A stretch of 63,498 nucleotides of DNA, counting the filler, from Chiloscyllium plagiosum (taxonomy: Eukaryota): NCBI RefSeq assembly GCF_004010195.1. It is 4 parts of one record of this genome, joined end to end, with 100 filler letters (N's around TTAATTAATTAA, not from the genome) between each part and the next. Parts side by side here need not be neighbours in the genome. Positions count along the whole stretch, not along the records: positions 1 to 29,454 come from NC_057710.1; 3 more parts are not named here. One strand, 5' to 3'. Positions 1 to 11,869 of this stretch are shown piece after piece. The notes under the pieces are model-generated. The model saw only the letters and a program-made list of their open reading frames with translations. It ran no database searches and was not told the DNA's origin. The translations under genes were made by a program, and so were the position numbers. Each line of letters opens with the position of its first letter. The first letter of the stretch is position 1.

Positions 1-852
1 CAGCTGAAGATACTTCATAGGGCCCATATAGCACCGGATCGATTGGCAAAATTTAAGGCAGGAGCATCTCCAATGTGTCCCAAATGTAAAATAGAGGTGG
101 GCACTCTTGTACATTGCCTATGGACCTGTCAAATTGGAATGTATTCCCCTTGACTTCCTTACAAATATGGTGCACCGAAAGACCGAATTATTTTATAAAA
201 TATGGCAGCCCTTCTTGAATTACATAAAAACAGATATTTCGGCTATCCTAACAAGGCTCCAATGTGTCCCAAATGTAAAATAGAGGTGGGCACTCTTGTA
301 CATTGCCTATGGACCTGTCAAATTGGAATGTATTCCCCTTGACTTCCTTACAAATATGGTGCACCGAAAGACCGAATTATTTTATAAAATATGGCAGCCC
401 TTCTTGAATTACATAAAAACAGATATTTCGGCTATCCTAACAAGGGCTTTTATTTAATTGAGATTACGAACCTGGTTGGTCTGGGGCCCCTTAGGAAAGG
501 AATCCCGCACGAATACGGGTTTTGTTACATTTGATGTTAACACATTCCGAGCATGTATCTCACTACTCAATTTCTATGTTATCTGTTGGTTTTTTTTTGT
601 TTTTTTTTTCTCTCTCTCTTATTTGAATAATGTAAGAGACTTAAATATACACTCTGGTTAGTTGTAGGTTAGATTAGTAGTTAGCTGAGTTTTGTTTTTT
701 TTCTTTCTCGGTATTTTTTCTTTTGTTAAATTTTGGCTATTGTATATTTAAGATTTAATCGTATATCAATGTTTGTACTTGAGAGTTTTGTTTATTTTTG
801 TAAACTTGTAAAAATGTTAAATTTCTAATAAAAATATCTATATAAAAAAAAA
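1..852 (+). mobile_element. L1-clade LINE 3' end (ORF2 CCHC domain, C-terminus, 3' UTR, poly-A)
   Basis: Frame 1 reads QLKILHRAHIAPDRLAKFKAGASPMCPKCKIEVGTLVHCLWTC (zf-RVT-type CCHC). After an internal deletion it reads ...FYKIWQPFLNYI...*. A T-rich UTR follows, then AATAAA and an A-run at about 844-852. Confidence 0.85.
68..445. repeat. Exact 189-bp tandem duplication (68-256, 257-445)
   Basis: CTCCAATGTGTCCC...CCTAACAAGG occurs twice head-to-tail; no differences seen by eye. Confidence 0.95.
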
Positions 853-1700
853 TTTTTTGGAAATGTAAGAACAAAAATTCCAGACTGTTTAGATAGAGCT
901 TATTCCTGGAGCCATTTAATTTGAAAATTATACACATGGCAGAATGAGAAATGCAATTGCTGACGCATTGTCGAGCCTTGGAAGAAGAAAGACAGAAGGA
1001 TTCGGTGGCAGGAGTTAATGGACTGAAAAAGAATATAATAGTGAATGTTTGCATGCTTAGAGATAATGTGTCAGACTAACATGTTTAAAATGAAGCCATC
1101 CTGGTATATCAATGGTTCTTTTAATGGGGGAAGGTGTGTGATGATGCTGTCACATGTAAAAGGTTATTTTGTCCTTGGTTTTCTTGAAGAGACATTGTAA
1201 AGGCAGAGATGCCAAAGAGTCTAGTTTAACAATGGAAGGAGAGTGGCCAGTTCTCCCAGTTCAGATTTTTTTTCTAATTTGGTTTAGCTAGAGCAGTCAC
1301 AAGATGTGTGAATCCAGGAGATTTGCAAACTTCAGTCAGGAATTCCTCTGACTTTCCCTGAAATCTCTCTCTGGATGTTATTCCCTCTTGCCTGTACGAA
1401 TTTGTGTTTGAATTTACCTTTTTGCGAAGGGGTGTATTTATGGGATTGTACTGTATTGGAACAGTTAATTAGCAATAGTTACTGTATCGGGTCAGTTAAG
1501 TTTTTAATTAGTTATTCTAAATTCTGCGTTCTTTTGTTCATATTTCAACTGCAGTTCTTAAATAAGTTCTATTTTGCTTAAAGCCAGGTGGTTTAACCAT
1601 TTGCATCACACCTGGAACACCTACTTCACATCTGCCTTTAAAATAAGAAAAAGTTAGGGTCTATACTTCCTTCTTAAAAACTTTGAGGGGGTCCATATCA
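853..1700 (+). mobile_element. Gmr1-like Gypsy 3' end: RNase H C-terminus, PPT and 3' LTR (about 1135-1700)
   Basis: KNKNSRLFR*SLFLEPFNLKIIH...AIADALSS is a degenerate Gypsy RNase H end. The purine tract AATGGGGGAAGG precedes TGTG, and the LTR ends in CATATCA. The LTR resembles 13512-14171. Confidence 0.75.
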
Positions 1701-1899
1701 GCTGAGACCCACCATGAACTGCCTATAGACCAGGCCAGGACCCACCATGAGTCGCCAGGAAACCAGGCTGAGAGCCGTCTAAAGGCTAAACGGGGGAAAA
1801 AAAGAGAGAAAGAAAAGGAAAAAAAAAGGGAAGGAAATGGAAGAAGCGAAAAAGAGCTCCCGTTGGAGCATCCTACTCCCCCGTTATCTTGACTGCAAG

Positions 1900-2625
1900 G
1901 ATTCTGCCATTGACTATATCCTTCCCTCCTTCATTAGATCTTCCAAAATGCATCCCCTCACATTTGTCCAAAGTTAATAAAAACTCCATCTGCTATTTCT
2001 CTGACAAGGATCCAGCCTATTTCCTGCCGTATCCTCTAGCAGTCCTCACTGTACAAAGCTCCCCCAATCTTTGTGTTGTCCACAAACTTATTGATTAAAC
2101 CACCTACATTCTCCTCTAAATTATTTTGTATATATTACAAACAATCCCAGCACTGATCTGTGCAGAATATCACTGGTCACAGATCTTTACTCAAAAAAAC
2201 ATTCTCAGTATGTTCTGACTAAGCTGGTTCTGTATTCATCTTACCAGCTACCACAGATTTTATGTGACCTCATCTTCTGTATCAGTTTACCAAGAAGGAT
2301 CTTGTCAAAGGCCTTGCTAAAGTCCACAAAGACAAAATCTACCACCCTGCCCATGTCAATTATCTTCATTATTTCTTCAAAAACTCAATCAAGTTTTTGA
2401 GACCTGACCTTCTCTTCACAAAGCCATGGCGCTTATCGCTAATAAGATCATATTTTTTGAAATGTGAGGAAATCCTATCCCTAATAATCTTGTGCAATAA
2501 TTTTCCTAACACTGATGTAAGGCTCACCAGCCTGTAATTTCCTGCACTGTCCCCGTTGTTCTTCTTAAACAAAGGAACCACTTTGGTTATTCTCCAGTGC
2601 TCTGGGATCTCTCTGTGACTTTAGA
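1900..2625 (-). mobile_element. CR1 LINE RT fragment
   Basis: ORF 2369-2581: VPLFKK...NYRLVSLTSVLGKLL...HGFVK. Confidence 0.85.
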
Positions 2626-2789
2626 GAATACAAAGATTTTGTATGAGGAAATATACGATTCAATTTACATGACGGATTGTTATGTGTGTAAGAGTGTTTC
2701 GGCGATTTTCAGAAATAATGTGGCTGATAACCTAGTTGTTGTCTTGTGCTAATTCATATGCTCTGCTACCTAAGAAATCTTTTAAAAAT

Positions 2790-4330
2790 TCATTCTTGGA
2801 ATGTGAGTGTTGTCAGCTAGGCCAGCATTTATTGCTCATTCTTAGTTGCGCTTGTGAAGTTAGTGGTGATCTGCTTTCTGAGCAGCTGCAGTTCATTTAT
2901 TGCAGAGACCAACATTGGCATGAGGGAGGGAGTTCCAGGATTTTCAGCCAATGACACTTAAGGAATGGTAAGATATTTCCAAGTCAGAATGATTTGGAGG
3001 AGGACTTTAAGGTGATAGAATTCCCATGTGTCTACAGCACTTATTCATAAGAGCACAACACAGCCCATCCAGCCTGCTTCACCTTTCAATGAGATCATGG
3101 CTGATCTGATAATCTTCAACTCCATATCCCTGCTTTTTTTCCATAACCCTTGATTCTTTACTCATTAAAACTATCCAACTCAAACTATAACTTAGCCTCA
3201 ACAACCCACAGAGGTAAAGAACTCCAGATTCACAACCCTGTGAGAAGAAATTCCTCATTTCTCTCAAACGTGACCCTTTTCTCTCAAACAAAAGGGAAAA
3301 TAACATCTCCACATCTACCATATCATGTCCTCTAAGAATTGTATGTGTTTCAACAAAGTTATCTCTCATTCTTCTATATTTTGTGTACAGGCTCAGTCTA
3401 CTTAATCTCTCCTGATAATCTACTCAATCTATCTTCATAAACAATTCCTCCATACTCTCAACTCCACTTTCCTGTCTTTTCCCTATAACCCTTGATTCCC
3501 TATTAATGACTTCGCTGCAACAAACCTCTGTGGTTAAGAACTTCACAGGTTCACTACTCTCCAAGGGAAGATCTTATTCTGAGATTGTGCCTGATGATTG
3601 AGAGTGGACTGAGGGGGTTGTAATTGACCAGGTTGGATTTAGCATGCTTTTTGTGTATAGGACATACCTGGATAAAATTTCTGCAGTCAGGAAAATGTGA
3701 GTATTGTAGCTATACTGGAACAGCTAGGCAGGGACACAAAATTTGGAGCGCAAGTCTTCAGTGTCATTGTCAGAATGTTGTCAGGGTCCATAACCTATTG
3801 AGTGAGAGCTGATCTTGATAGTAGAATGGGTGATACGTCAGCCATGAGTTTGAAGATTGTGTTGGAGTACAATTCAGCTGCTGCTAGCCCACAGCACCTG
3901 ATGAATGCCCAAGCTTGAGCTGCCATATTTGTTTGATGTCTATCCAATTTAGCATGGTGATAGTCTCACACAACACAAAGGCGAACATTTTCAATGTGAA
4001 AGCAGGACTTTATTTCCAACAGGACTAAGTGGTGGTTGTTCTCAATGATTAGTCACCAACAGATCCATCTCTGGCATGTGGATTTGTGAATTTTTCCCTC
4101 TTATTCATTCTCTTACCAACTGTCGCAGACCCATTTTAACAGCTGTGCTCTTTAAGACCCAACCAGCTCAATCATTAGTAGGCCCCCACATCTGCATCCT
4201 TGCCAGCTTCAGTGCTTCGTACAGTAGCATTCCACATTGAGGATTAATGATTCATCAACCAAGGGGGATGGTGCATGGTGAACAGCAAGTTTCCTTTCCT
4301 ATTTTTCAGCTAAAGCCATGAAACTGGAGT
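2790..4330 (-). mobile_element. Mosaic of degenerate CR1 3' ends and L2/CR1-like ORF2 pieces
   Basis: ORF 3079-3369 is a CR1 C-terminus (RNFFSQ). 3590-4330 is antisense-similar to the LINE at 39460-40850. Confidence 0.6.
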
Positions 4331-4334
4331 CAAT

Positions 4335-4975
4335 GGATGTAGGTTTGCTCGCTGAGCTGGGAGGTTCATTTCCAGACATTTTGTTGCTATATTAGATAAT
4401 ATCTTCAGTGAGCCTCCGAATTAAGCACTGGTGCTGTAGCCTGCTTTCTATATATGTTTGGTTTCCTTAGGTTGGTGGTGTCATTTCTTGTGGTGATATC
4501 ATTTCCTATGGTGATGTCATTTCCTGTTCTTTTCCTCAGGAGGTGGTAAATGGGATCCAAGACAATGTGTTTGTTGAAAAAGCTTTGGTTGGAATGCCAT
4601 GCTTCTAGGAATTCTCGTGTTGTGTCTCTATTTGAACAATCACAAATAGAGACATGCACGAGAATTCCTAGATGCATGGCATTCCAACTGAAATTCTATC
4701 AATAAACACATTGTCTTAGATCCCATTTACCATCCCAAAAAAGAACAGGAAATGACATTACCACAGGAAATGCTACCATAGTAAATGATATCACCAAGGA
4801 ATCCCAAACATATAAATAGAAAGCGGGCTACACCACCAGTGCTTCATTCAGAGGCTCACTGAAGATGTTACCTAGTCTGGTGACAAAACGTCTGAAAATG
4901 AACCTTCCAGCTCAGTGAGCAAACTTACATCCAGAATCTCAATCTGAGCTACAAACCTTCTCAAAACCTGTTAAA
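4335..4975. mobile_element. Penelope-like element 3' ends in inverted (foldback) arrangement
   Basis: REFLEAWHSNQSFFNKHIVLDPIY (GIY-YIG C-terminal region) lies on - at 4405-4677, with a mirror copy on + from about 4660. Both end in a hammerhead-like motif. Confidence 0.8.
4856..4895 (+). ncRNA. Minimal hammerhead ribozyme motif, family C (degenerate)
   Basis: uca-CUGAAGA-uguuacc-uagucu-ggugac-AAAA-CG-UC-uga. The G of GAAA is mutated at a CpG site. Confidence 0.6.
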
Positions 4976-6519
4976 TGGAGTCAATATTGAGGACTCCTTT
5001 GGGTAGGCCCCTCCCAACTGTATACCACTTTGCTGGTGATGTTTTGCCAGTGGGACAGAACATAACCAGGTATGACAGTGTTATCTGGAACATCATTCCA
5101 TGAGTGTGAATCCATATGTCAGACTGTGCCACACAAGTCCTTAATTTGTATCAACCACTAAAAAGTATCAGTGAAGGAATCAAACTGGGAAGCTAGCTGA
5201 TGTTGACTAACGGATTGGAAAAATTAATGGCACATTCAGCCCTATTATTCCTGCAAACGCCTCCTTACTAATACTGGGGACTCGTGTCAAAATTGGTGGA
5301 ACTATCTCAGATTTAACAAGCTATGTCCTGGCCTTTAAGTACTTATGCAGCTGCTTCTTAAGTATTGTGTTGGCACCTGCCCTGACTGCCCTCTCACATT
5401 TTAACCATCATTTGGATCATTTTTTTCCCTTCGGATCTCTCCTCTTAAAGCATGGTGCCCAAGAATGGCCACAATACTCCACTCAAGGCTAAACCAGTAA
5501 TTTGCAAAAGATTTTGCCAAATATTTTTGCTTGTGTACTTTATTCCTCTGTTCATAAAGCCAATAATCCCATAGAGGTCACCCATTTGAGAGTATGAACA
5601 TCCACTGTTCGTGGGAGATGTGTTCCTGGAAAATATGCAGTGATTTTCACAAGTGCCAAACATGAGAGACTGGTCATGGAATGTGTGATACATGTGTAGC
5701 CACAGTTTTAGTTCAAGACACAATCACTCTTTATTTTTGTTCAAAACTGTGTATTAGCAAACATTGGATTTACAATCAAGAAAAAAAGGTTTGCAGTACT
5801 GCACAAATGAGCAAATTTTGGCATACACAGATGGTAGGACATCATTGTACCAGCAACCTGAGTAACAATGAAGGGTTCATCCAGCAAATGCACACTGTTT
5901 ATACTTATAGACTTTCACGTACTTGTGATCACTAAACAACAATTAGAAAATGAAACATCTGAATTTTCTCCTTTCCAGAACTATTAGCTGTTCTAAACAC
6001 CAACAAACTCACCAGCAACGGGGCCAAAAGCATGTATCTAATGACTTGTAGGGCTCGGTACCACTTACCATCAGGCTGAGGTAAGTGTTTTGCACAATGA
6101 AATCTCTATATTAAGAAACAGCACATGAATTATAACTCATTTTGCAAGAGTATCTTGTAAATATAAAATTACACGATAAAGAATAAGAACTTTGCTACAT
6201 CACGCATACCACGAATACTCACGCCAAATAATAAATAACTTCGTATCCAACGACATGAAAAGATATCTTGGAATTTTCAATTTGGCGCCTTATCAATTTA
6301 TTTTTTTAGAAATGTCACTTTTGGAGACAGAAACAAAACCCTTTTAGACTCCACCGTCCACCACAAACATACGGATATAAAGGCAGGGTCAGCACTGCAA
6401 TAATTTAAAAGGATTTTCCTGAACAGTAGGGAATATCTCTGAAATTAATACAATCGGCTTCTAAAATCAAAACAAATATCGATTTCAGAACCCTAACCTC
6501 CCAGCTGTGCTGAGAACAA

Positions 6520-6620
6520 CGAATCGTCTATTTTCATTTCTTTTGACCCCGGAGCCGACAACAGACGACAAATCTACTTCCCGCCTCTTTCTTTGGATTT
6601 GGCGGGAGTACGTCTGCGGN
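6520..6620. promoter_or_regulatory. CpG-rich promoter edge with inverted E2F-type sites
   Basis: CpG-rich unique sequence abutting an ~500-N gap. TTCCCGCC (6578-6585), TTTGGCGGGA (6598-6607) and TTTGGCGCC (6281-6289). Confidence 0.55.
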
Positions 6621-7240
6621 NNNNNNNNNNNNNNNNNNNNNNNNNNNNNNNNNNNNNNNNNNNNNNNNNNNNNNNNNNNNNNNNNNNNNNNNNNNNNNNN
6701 NNNNNNNNNNNNNNNNNNNNNNNNNNNNNNNNNNNNNNNNNNNNNNNNNNNNNNNNNNNNNNNNNNNNNNNNNNNNNNNNNNNNNNNNNNNNNNNNNNNN
6801 NNNNNNNNNNNNNNNNNNNNNNNNNNNNNNNNNNNNNNNNNNNNNNNNNNNNNNNNNNNNNNNNNNNNNNNNNNNNNNNNNNNNNNNNNNNNNNNNNNNN
6901 NNNNNNNNNNNNNNNNNNNNNNNNNNNNNNNNNNNNNNNNNNNNNNNNNNNNNNNNNNNNNNNNNNNNNNNNNNNNNNNNNNNNNNNNNNNNNNNNNNNN
7001 NNNNNNNNNNNNNNNNNNNNNNNNNNNNNNNNNNNNNNNNNNNNNNNNNNNNNNNNNNNNNNNNNNNNNNNNNNNNNNNNNNNNNNNNNNNNNNNNNNNN
7101 NNNNNNNNNNNNNNNNNNNCACTCCTTCTGCCCTTTCCTCCCCACCCCCACCAATTCTATCCAATCATGTGCTGTTTTACCACCGATAACTGGTTAGAAA
7201 ATTGTACCACGTTTTCTCTTAGTAATCCCAGCTGTCTCTT

Positions 7241-7279
7241 ATGCTGAGCAAGATGTCTGAGGCTGGAGATATTTCAGAG
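7241..7279 (+). CDS. Candidate first coding exon of an unidentified gene (exon 7223-7279)
   Basis: Acceptor TTTTCTCTTAG, then MLSKMSEAGDISE, then donor GAG|GTGAGG. Lies just downstream of the CpG promoter. Confidence 0.3.
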
Positions 7280-10200
7280 GTGAGGGAATGGAAGAGAGGA
7301 ACAAGGTTTATAATCAAGGTTTGTAGGATTCCACCATGGGTGGGGTGTGTGAGGTAGCTGTGTTGCATGATTTTGTTGGAGTCGCAGTAGAAATGAAAGG
7401 CCATTCTCTGTACCTGGAGAATGTGGGAATACTGCCTATAAGTTCTTGGGTAAGTAGGGTGTCTTCCTGCCCACCTATATGGAATAGGTTTGAACTTGAC
7501 CTGAGTAAACCTTGTACGTTATACATGTAAAACTTTGTGACCTTGATCTTCAGCATTGCCCAAGCTTCATAATCTGTCAAGGACCCAACTGAGTTCCATC
7601 AAATCTGTTCTTATTGAGCAGGTTTACACAGAGCTGAGCCTGTGGTTGTTTAGTTTTGGTCCTACTGTATGGCTTGTACTGAATGTGTTTATGAAAGATC
7701 CTAGCTCCACATAACAAACCCAGAATCTTTGCACTGGTAGGATTCAGGAAAACCTTCCTGCCATTTCTAAGTGGGCTCCTAGAGTCATAAACTCATTGAG
7801 ATCTACAGCACCCTTTGGTCCAACTGTCCAGGCCACCCAGTTTTCACAATACACTAGTCCTATTTATCTGCATTTGGTCCATATCCCTCCATACCCCTTT
7901 CATCTATGTACTTATCTAAATGTTTTTTAAATGACAAAATTGTACTTGCTTCCACCTTACCTTTAGCAGCCCATACCAATCTCTCATGCCCTCGATGAAG
8001 AAATTGCCTCTCTGGACCCTTTTGTATCTCTCTCTTCTCACCTTAAACCAATGCCCTCTTTTTCGTACTTCCCTACCATGGGAAAACGCTATTAGTTATC
8101 TCCTCATCTGTGCCTCTCATGATTTTATAGACCTCTGTAAGGTCACCCTTCAGTCTCCTACGCTTCCAAGAAAAAAGTCCCAGCCTGTCCAACCACTCAA
8201 ACTTTCTAGTCTAGGTCGCATCCTAGTAAATCTTTTCTGCACTCTTTCTAGTTTAATAATATCCCTTATATAGGAGAGCAACCAAAACTGCACACAGAAC
8301 TCCAAATGTGGCTTCACCAACATTTTGTACACCTGCAACAAGACAACGCAACTCCTATACTCCGTGCTCTGACTGATGACAGCAAACATGCTAAAAGACC
8401 TCTTCACCAGCCTGTCTACCTGTGGCTCCACTTTCAAGGAGCTATAAATCTGAATTCCTAGATCTTTTGGTTCAATAACACATTCCAGGACCCTACCATT
8501 TACTGTGTAAGTCTTGAGATAAGGTTTACCTCACAACACCTTACATTTATCTAAACTAAAATCCATCTGCCAGTCTTCAGTCGATCAAGATCTTGCTATA
8601 TTCTCAAATAATCTTCTTCGCTGCCCACTATACCACCAATCTTGGTGTCATCTGCAAACTTAATAACCATACCTCCCAAATTCTCATCCAAATCATCTAT
8701 ATAAATGATGAATAATAGTGGACCCAGCACCAATTCCTGTGGCACACCGTTGGCCACTGGCCTCCAGTCTGAAAAACAACTTTCTACCACCTTCCTGTAT
8801 CTTCAACCGTCCAGCCAATTTTTTTATCCAATTGGTTAGCTCTCCCTGGGTTCCGTGAGATTTAACTTTACTCAACAATCTATCATGTGGTACCTTTTGA
8901 AAAAGACTTGCTGAAGTCTATGCTGACAGCATCTACCACACTGCCCTCATCTACTTTATTGGCCACCCCTTCAAAAAACTCAAACAAATTTGTGAAACAC
9001 GATTTTCCACACACAAAGCCTTGCTGACCATCTCAAATTAGTCTCCAAATGCCTGCAGATCCTATGTGTCAGAATTCCCTCTGACAACTTACCCACCACA
9101 GACATTAGGTTCACTGGTCTACAGTTGTCAAGCATTTCCCTGCGGCCTTTGTGAAATAGTGGCACAACATTAGCCACCCTCCAATCTTTGGGCACTTCAC
9201 CTGTGGCTGTTGATGATACAAATATTCTCGCTAGGGGCCTGACAATTCACTTCCTAGCCTCCCACAAAGTCCTGGGATACACTTCTTCAGGTCTCGGGGA
9301 TTTATCTACCTTAATGCGTTTTAAGACTTTCAGCACTTCCTCTCAGTAATGTGGGCTCTCTTCAAGACATCACTGTTTATTTCCCCAAATTCCCTACCAT
9401 CCATACCTTTCTTGATGGGAAATACTGGTGAGAAATATTAATTTAGGATCTCGCCCATCTCTTGCGGCTCTGCACATAGAAGACGTCATTGATTTTTAAG
9501 AGGCCCTAGTCTTTTCCTAGTTACTGTTTTGACCTTCAAATACTTGGAGAATATTTTTGGATTCTCCTTTACCTTATCTGCCAACGTCATTTCATGTCCC
9601 CTTTTAGCTCTCCTGATTTCTCTCATATGTGAACCCTCTATACTTCTCAAGGAATTCTCTTGATCCCAGCTGTCTATGCATGTTATACGCCTCACTTTTC
9701 TCAACCAGGTCCTCAATAACTCTAGCCATCCAGGGTTCCCTACTCCTACCAGCCTTACCCTTCACTTAAATAGGAACATGCCTGAACCCACATTAACACA
9801 CTTTTGGAAGTGTCCCACTTACCAGATATTCCTTTGCTTGCAAAAAACCTCCCTCAATGAATTTCTGAAAATTCCTGCCTAAGACTATCAAGATTGGCCT
9901 TGCCCCAATTCAACTTTAACTTGTGGACCTAACCTCTCCATTCCCATGGCTATTTTCACACTAATGGAATTATGGTCTCTAGTCTCAAAGTGCTCCGTCA
10001 TTAACACTTCTTCTCTTGCTCTGCCTTATTTCCTAAGAAGAGGTCAAGTTTTGCCTCTTCTCTAGTAGTGCCATTTACTGTACATACTGCATGAGAAATT
10101 CTCCCTGAACACACTTAACAAATTTCTGTCCGTTCAAGCACTTAACACTATGGCAATTCCAGGTGATGTTAGTAAAGTTAAAATACCCTACTTTTACTAC

Positions 10201-10652
10201 CCTATTATTCTTGCAGCGATCTGCGATCTCCTTACATAGTTGCCCCTCAATCTCCCTCTGACTATTAGGGGACCTAAAGTACAATGCTTTCAAAGTGATC
10301 TCCTGCATTTTATTTCTCAGTTCTACCCAAGTAGGCTCAGTGGACAGACTCTCAAGAATGTCTTCTCTCAATACTGCTGTGATGTTCTACCTAATCAAAA
10401 ATGCAACTCACCCTCCTGTTGCCTCCTTTTCTATCCTTCTTATAGCATCTGAACCCAGAATATTGAGCTTCTAGTTCTGTCCTTCCCTCAGCCATGTTGC
10501 TGTAATAGCTATGATATCCCAGTCCGATGTACCAGTCCATGCCCTGAGTTCATTTGCCTTCACTGTCAGGCCTCTTGCATTGAAACAAATGCAGTTTAAC
10601 CCAGACTTCCTGCCATGCTATTGCCTGCCCTGTCTAGTACTAGGATGATCAA

Positions 10653-11082
10653 AGTTAAAAATCACACAACACCAGATTGTAGTCCAACAAGTTTAATTGG
10701 AATCACTAGCTTTCAGAGTGCTGCTCCTTCATCAGGTGATTGTGGAGTACACAATTGTAAGACAGAGTTTATAGCAAAAGTTTACAGTGTGATGTAACTG
10801 AAATTATACATTGAAAAATACCTTGACTGTTTGTTATGGTCATTCTAACAGATGGGAGACTTAACAAACAATCATGGTATTTTTCAACGTATAATTTCAG
10901 TTACATCACACTGTAAACTTTTGCTATAAATTCTGTGTCTTACAATTGTGTACTCCACAACCACCTGATGAAGGAGCAGCGCTCCGAAAGCTAGTGCTTT
11001 GAATTAAACCTGTTGGACTATAACCTGGTGTTGTGTGATTTTTAACTTTGTACACCCCAGTCCAACACCAGCATCTCCAAAT
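10653..11082. mobile_element. Foldback non-autonomous Penelope-type element with a hammerhead on each arm
   Basis: Arms of ~190 bp in inverted orientation. TSD TAGGAT(G/T)ATCAA at 10641-10652 and 11083-11094. Confidence 0.8.
10962..10996 (+). ncRNA. Minimal hammerhead ribozyme, family B (intact core)
   Basis: cac-CUGAUGA-a-ggagc-agc-gcucc-GAAA-GC-UA-gug. Stem I is cac/gug; helix III is the palindrome AGCU. Confidence 0.75.
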
Positions 11083-11869
11083 TAGGATTATCAACACTGC
11101 CTTTACTAATTGACTTGCTCTCAGTAACTTCTGTACTGTCCTCAACTTTTGTTTCATCTCCCAACTACTTTGGATTCCACCCTCTGGCAGACTGGTTTAA
11201 ACCCTCCTGAGTGGCTGTCACAAATCTTCCCCCAGGATATTGGTCCCCTCCAGTTCAGGTCCAACTCGTCCCACTTGTTCAGGTCAATTGTACCCTAGAG
11301 AGAGCCCAATGATCTAAGAATCTGAATCCCTGCCCCCTGCACCAGCTCACAAGCCATGCATTCATCTGCCAACTCCTCCTGTTCCTACTCTTGCTAACGT
11401 AAGGCACCACAAGTAGTCCAGAAATTACTACTCTTGAGGTCCTGCATTTTAACCTTCTGCCTAACTCCCTATAATCACTCTTCAGGACCTCATTCATCTT
11501 CCTCCCTATTTTGTTGGTGCCAGTATGACCTCTGGCTACTCACTCTCCCCCTTAAGAATTTTATGCAACCGCTCAGAGGCATCCTTTACTCTGGAGTCTT
11601 GATTGCAGCCGCAGAAACACCTGTCAGTGCCCTGACTAGTGCCCCTACTATTACAGCTTCTTGGACTTTGCCTGATCCTGATCTAAAGCAGACCAAATCA
11701 TGGTGTCACAGGCCTGGCTGCTGCTGTTGTAGTCGCTGAGAGGCTATCCCCACAACAGTACTCAAAACAGTTTATTGTGTTGACATCTCAACTGCAAACT
11801 AATTAAATAGCCATTAATTTTATTAACAAGTAGCCTGTTTAACAAATTGCAACATAGAAAATATTTCAT

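Larger units (their letters stand above)
7785..11760 (-). mobile_element. Near full-length degenerate CR1 LINE (ORF1 esterase, APE endonuclease, RT, 3' end)
   Basis: ORF fragments: VVISGLL...NAWLVSWCRGQGFRFLDHW (SGNH esterase), WVELRNK/FNFTNITW (EN), GVPQELVLGPLLF/KFADDTKIGG (RT), PHLEFCVQFW. Confidence 0.92.

Noticed and set aside
2641..2730. C/D-box snoRNA candidate (ATGAGGA...CTGA)
   Set aside because: Non-canonical C box, no terminal stem and no recognisable rRNA or snRNA guide.
6507..7247. Long ORFs spanning N-runs (also 19993-21159 and 57994-58563)
   Set aside because: They are open only because of Ns.
7323..7525. Possible short solo LTR (TG...CA)
   Set aside because: No TSD, PBS, PPT or second copy seen.
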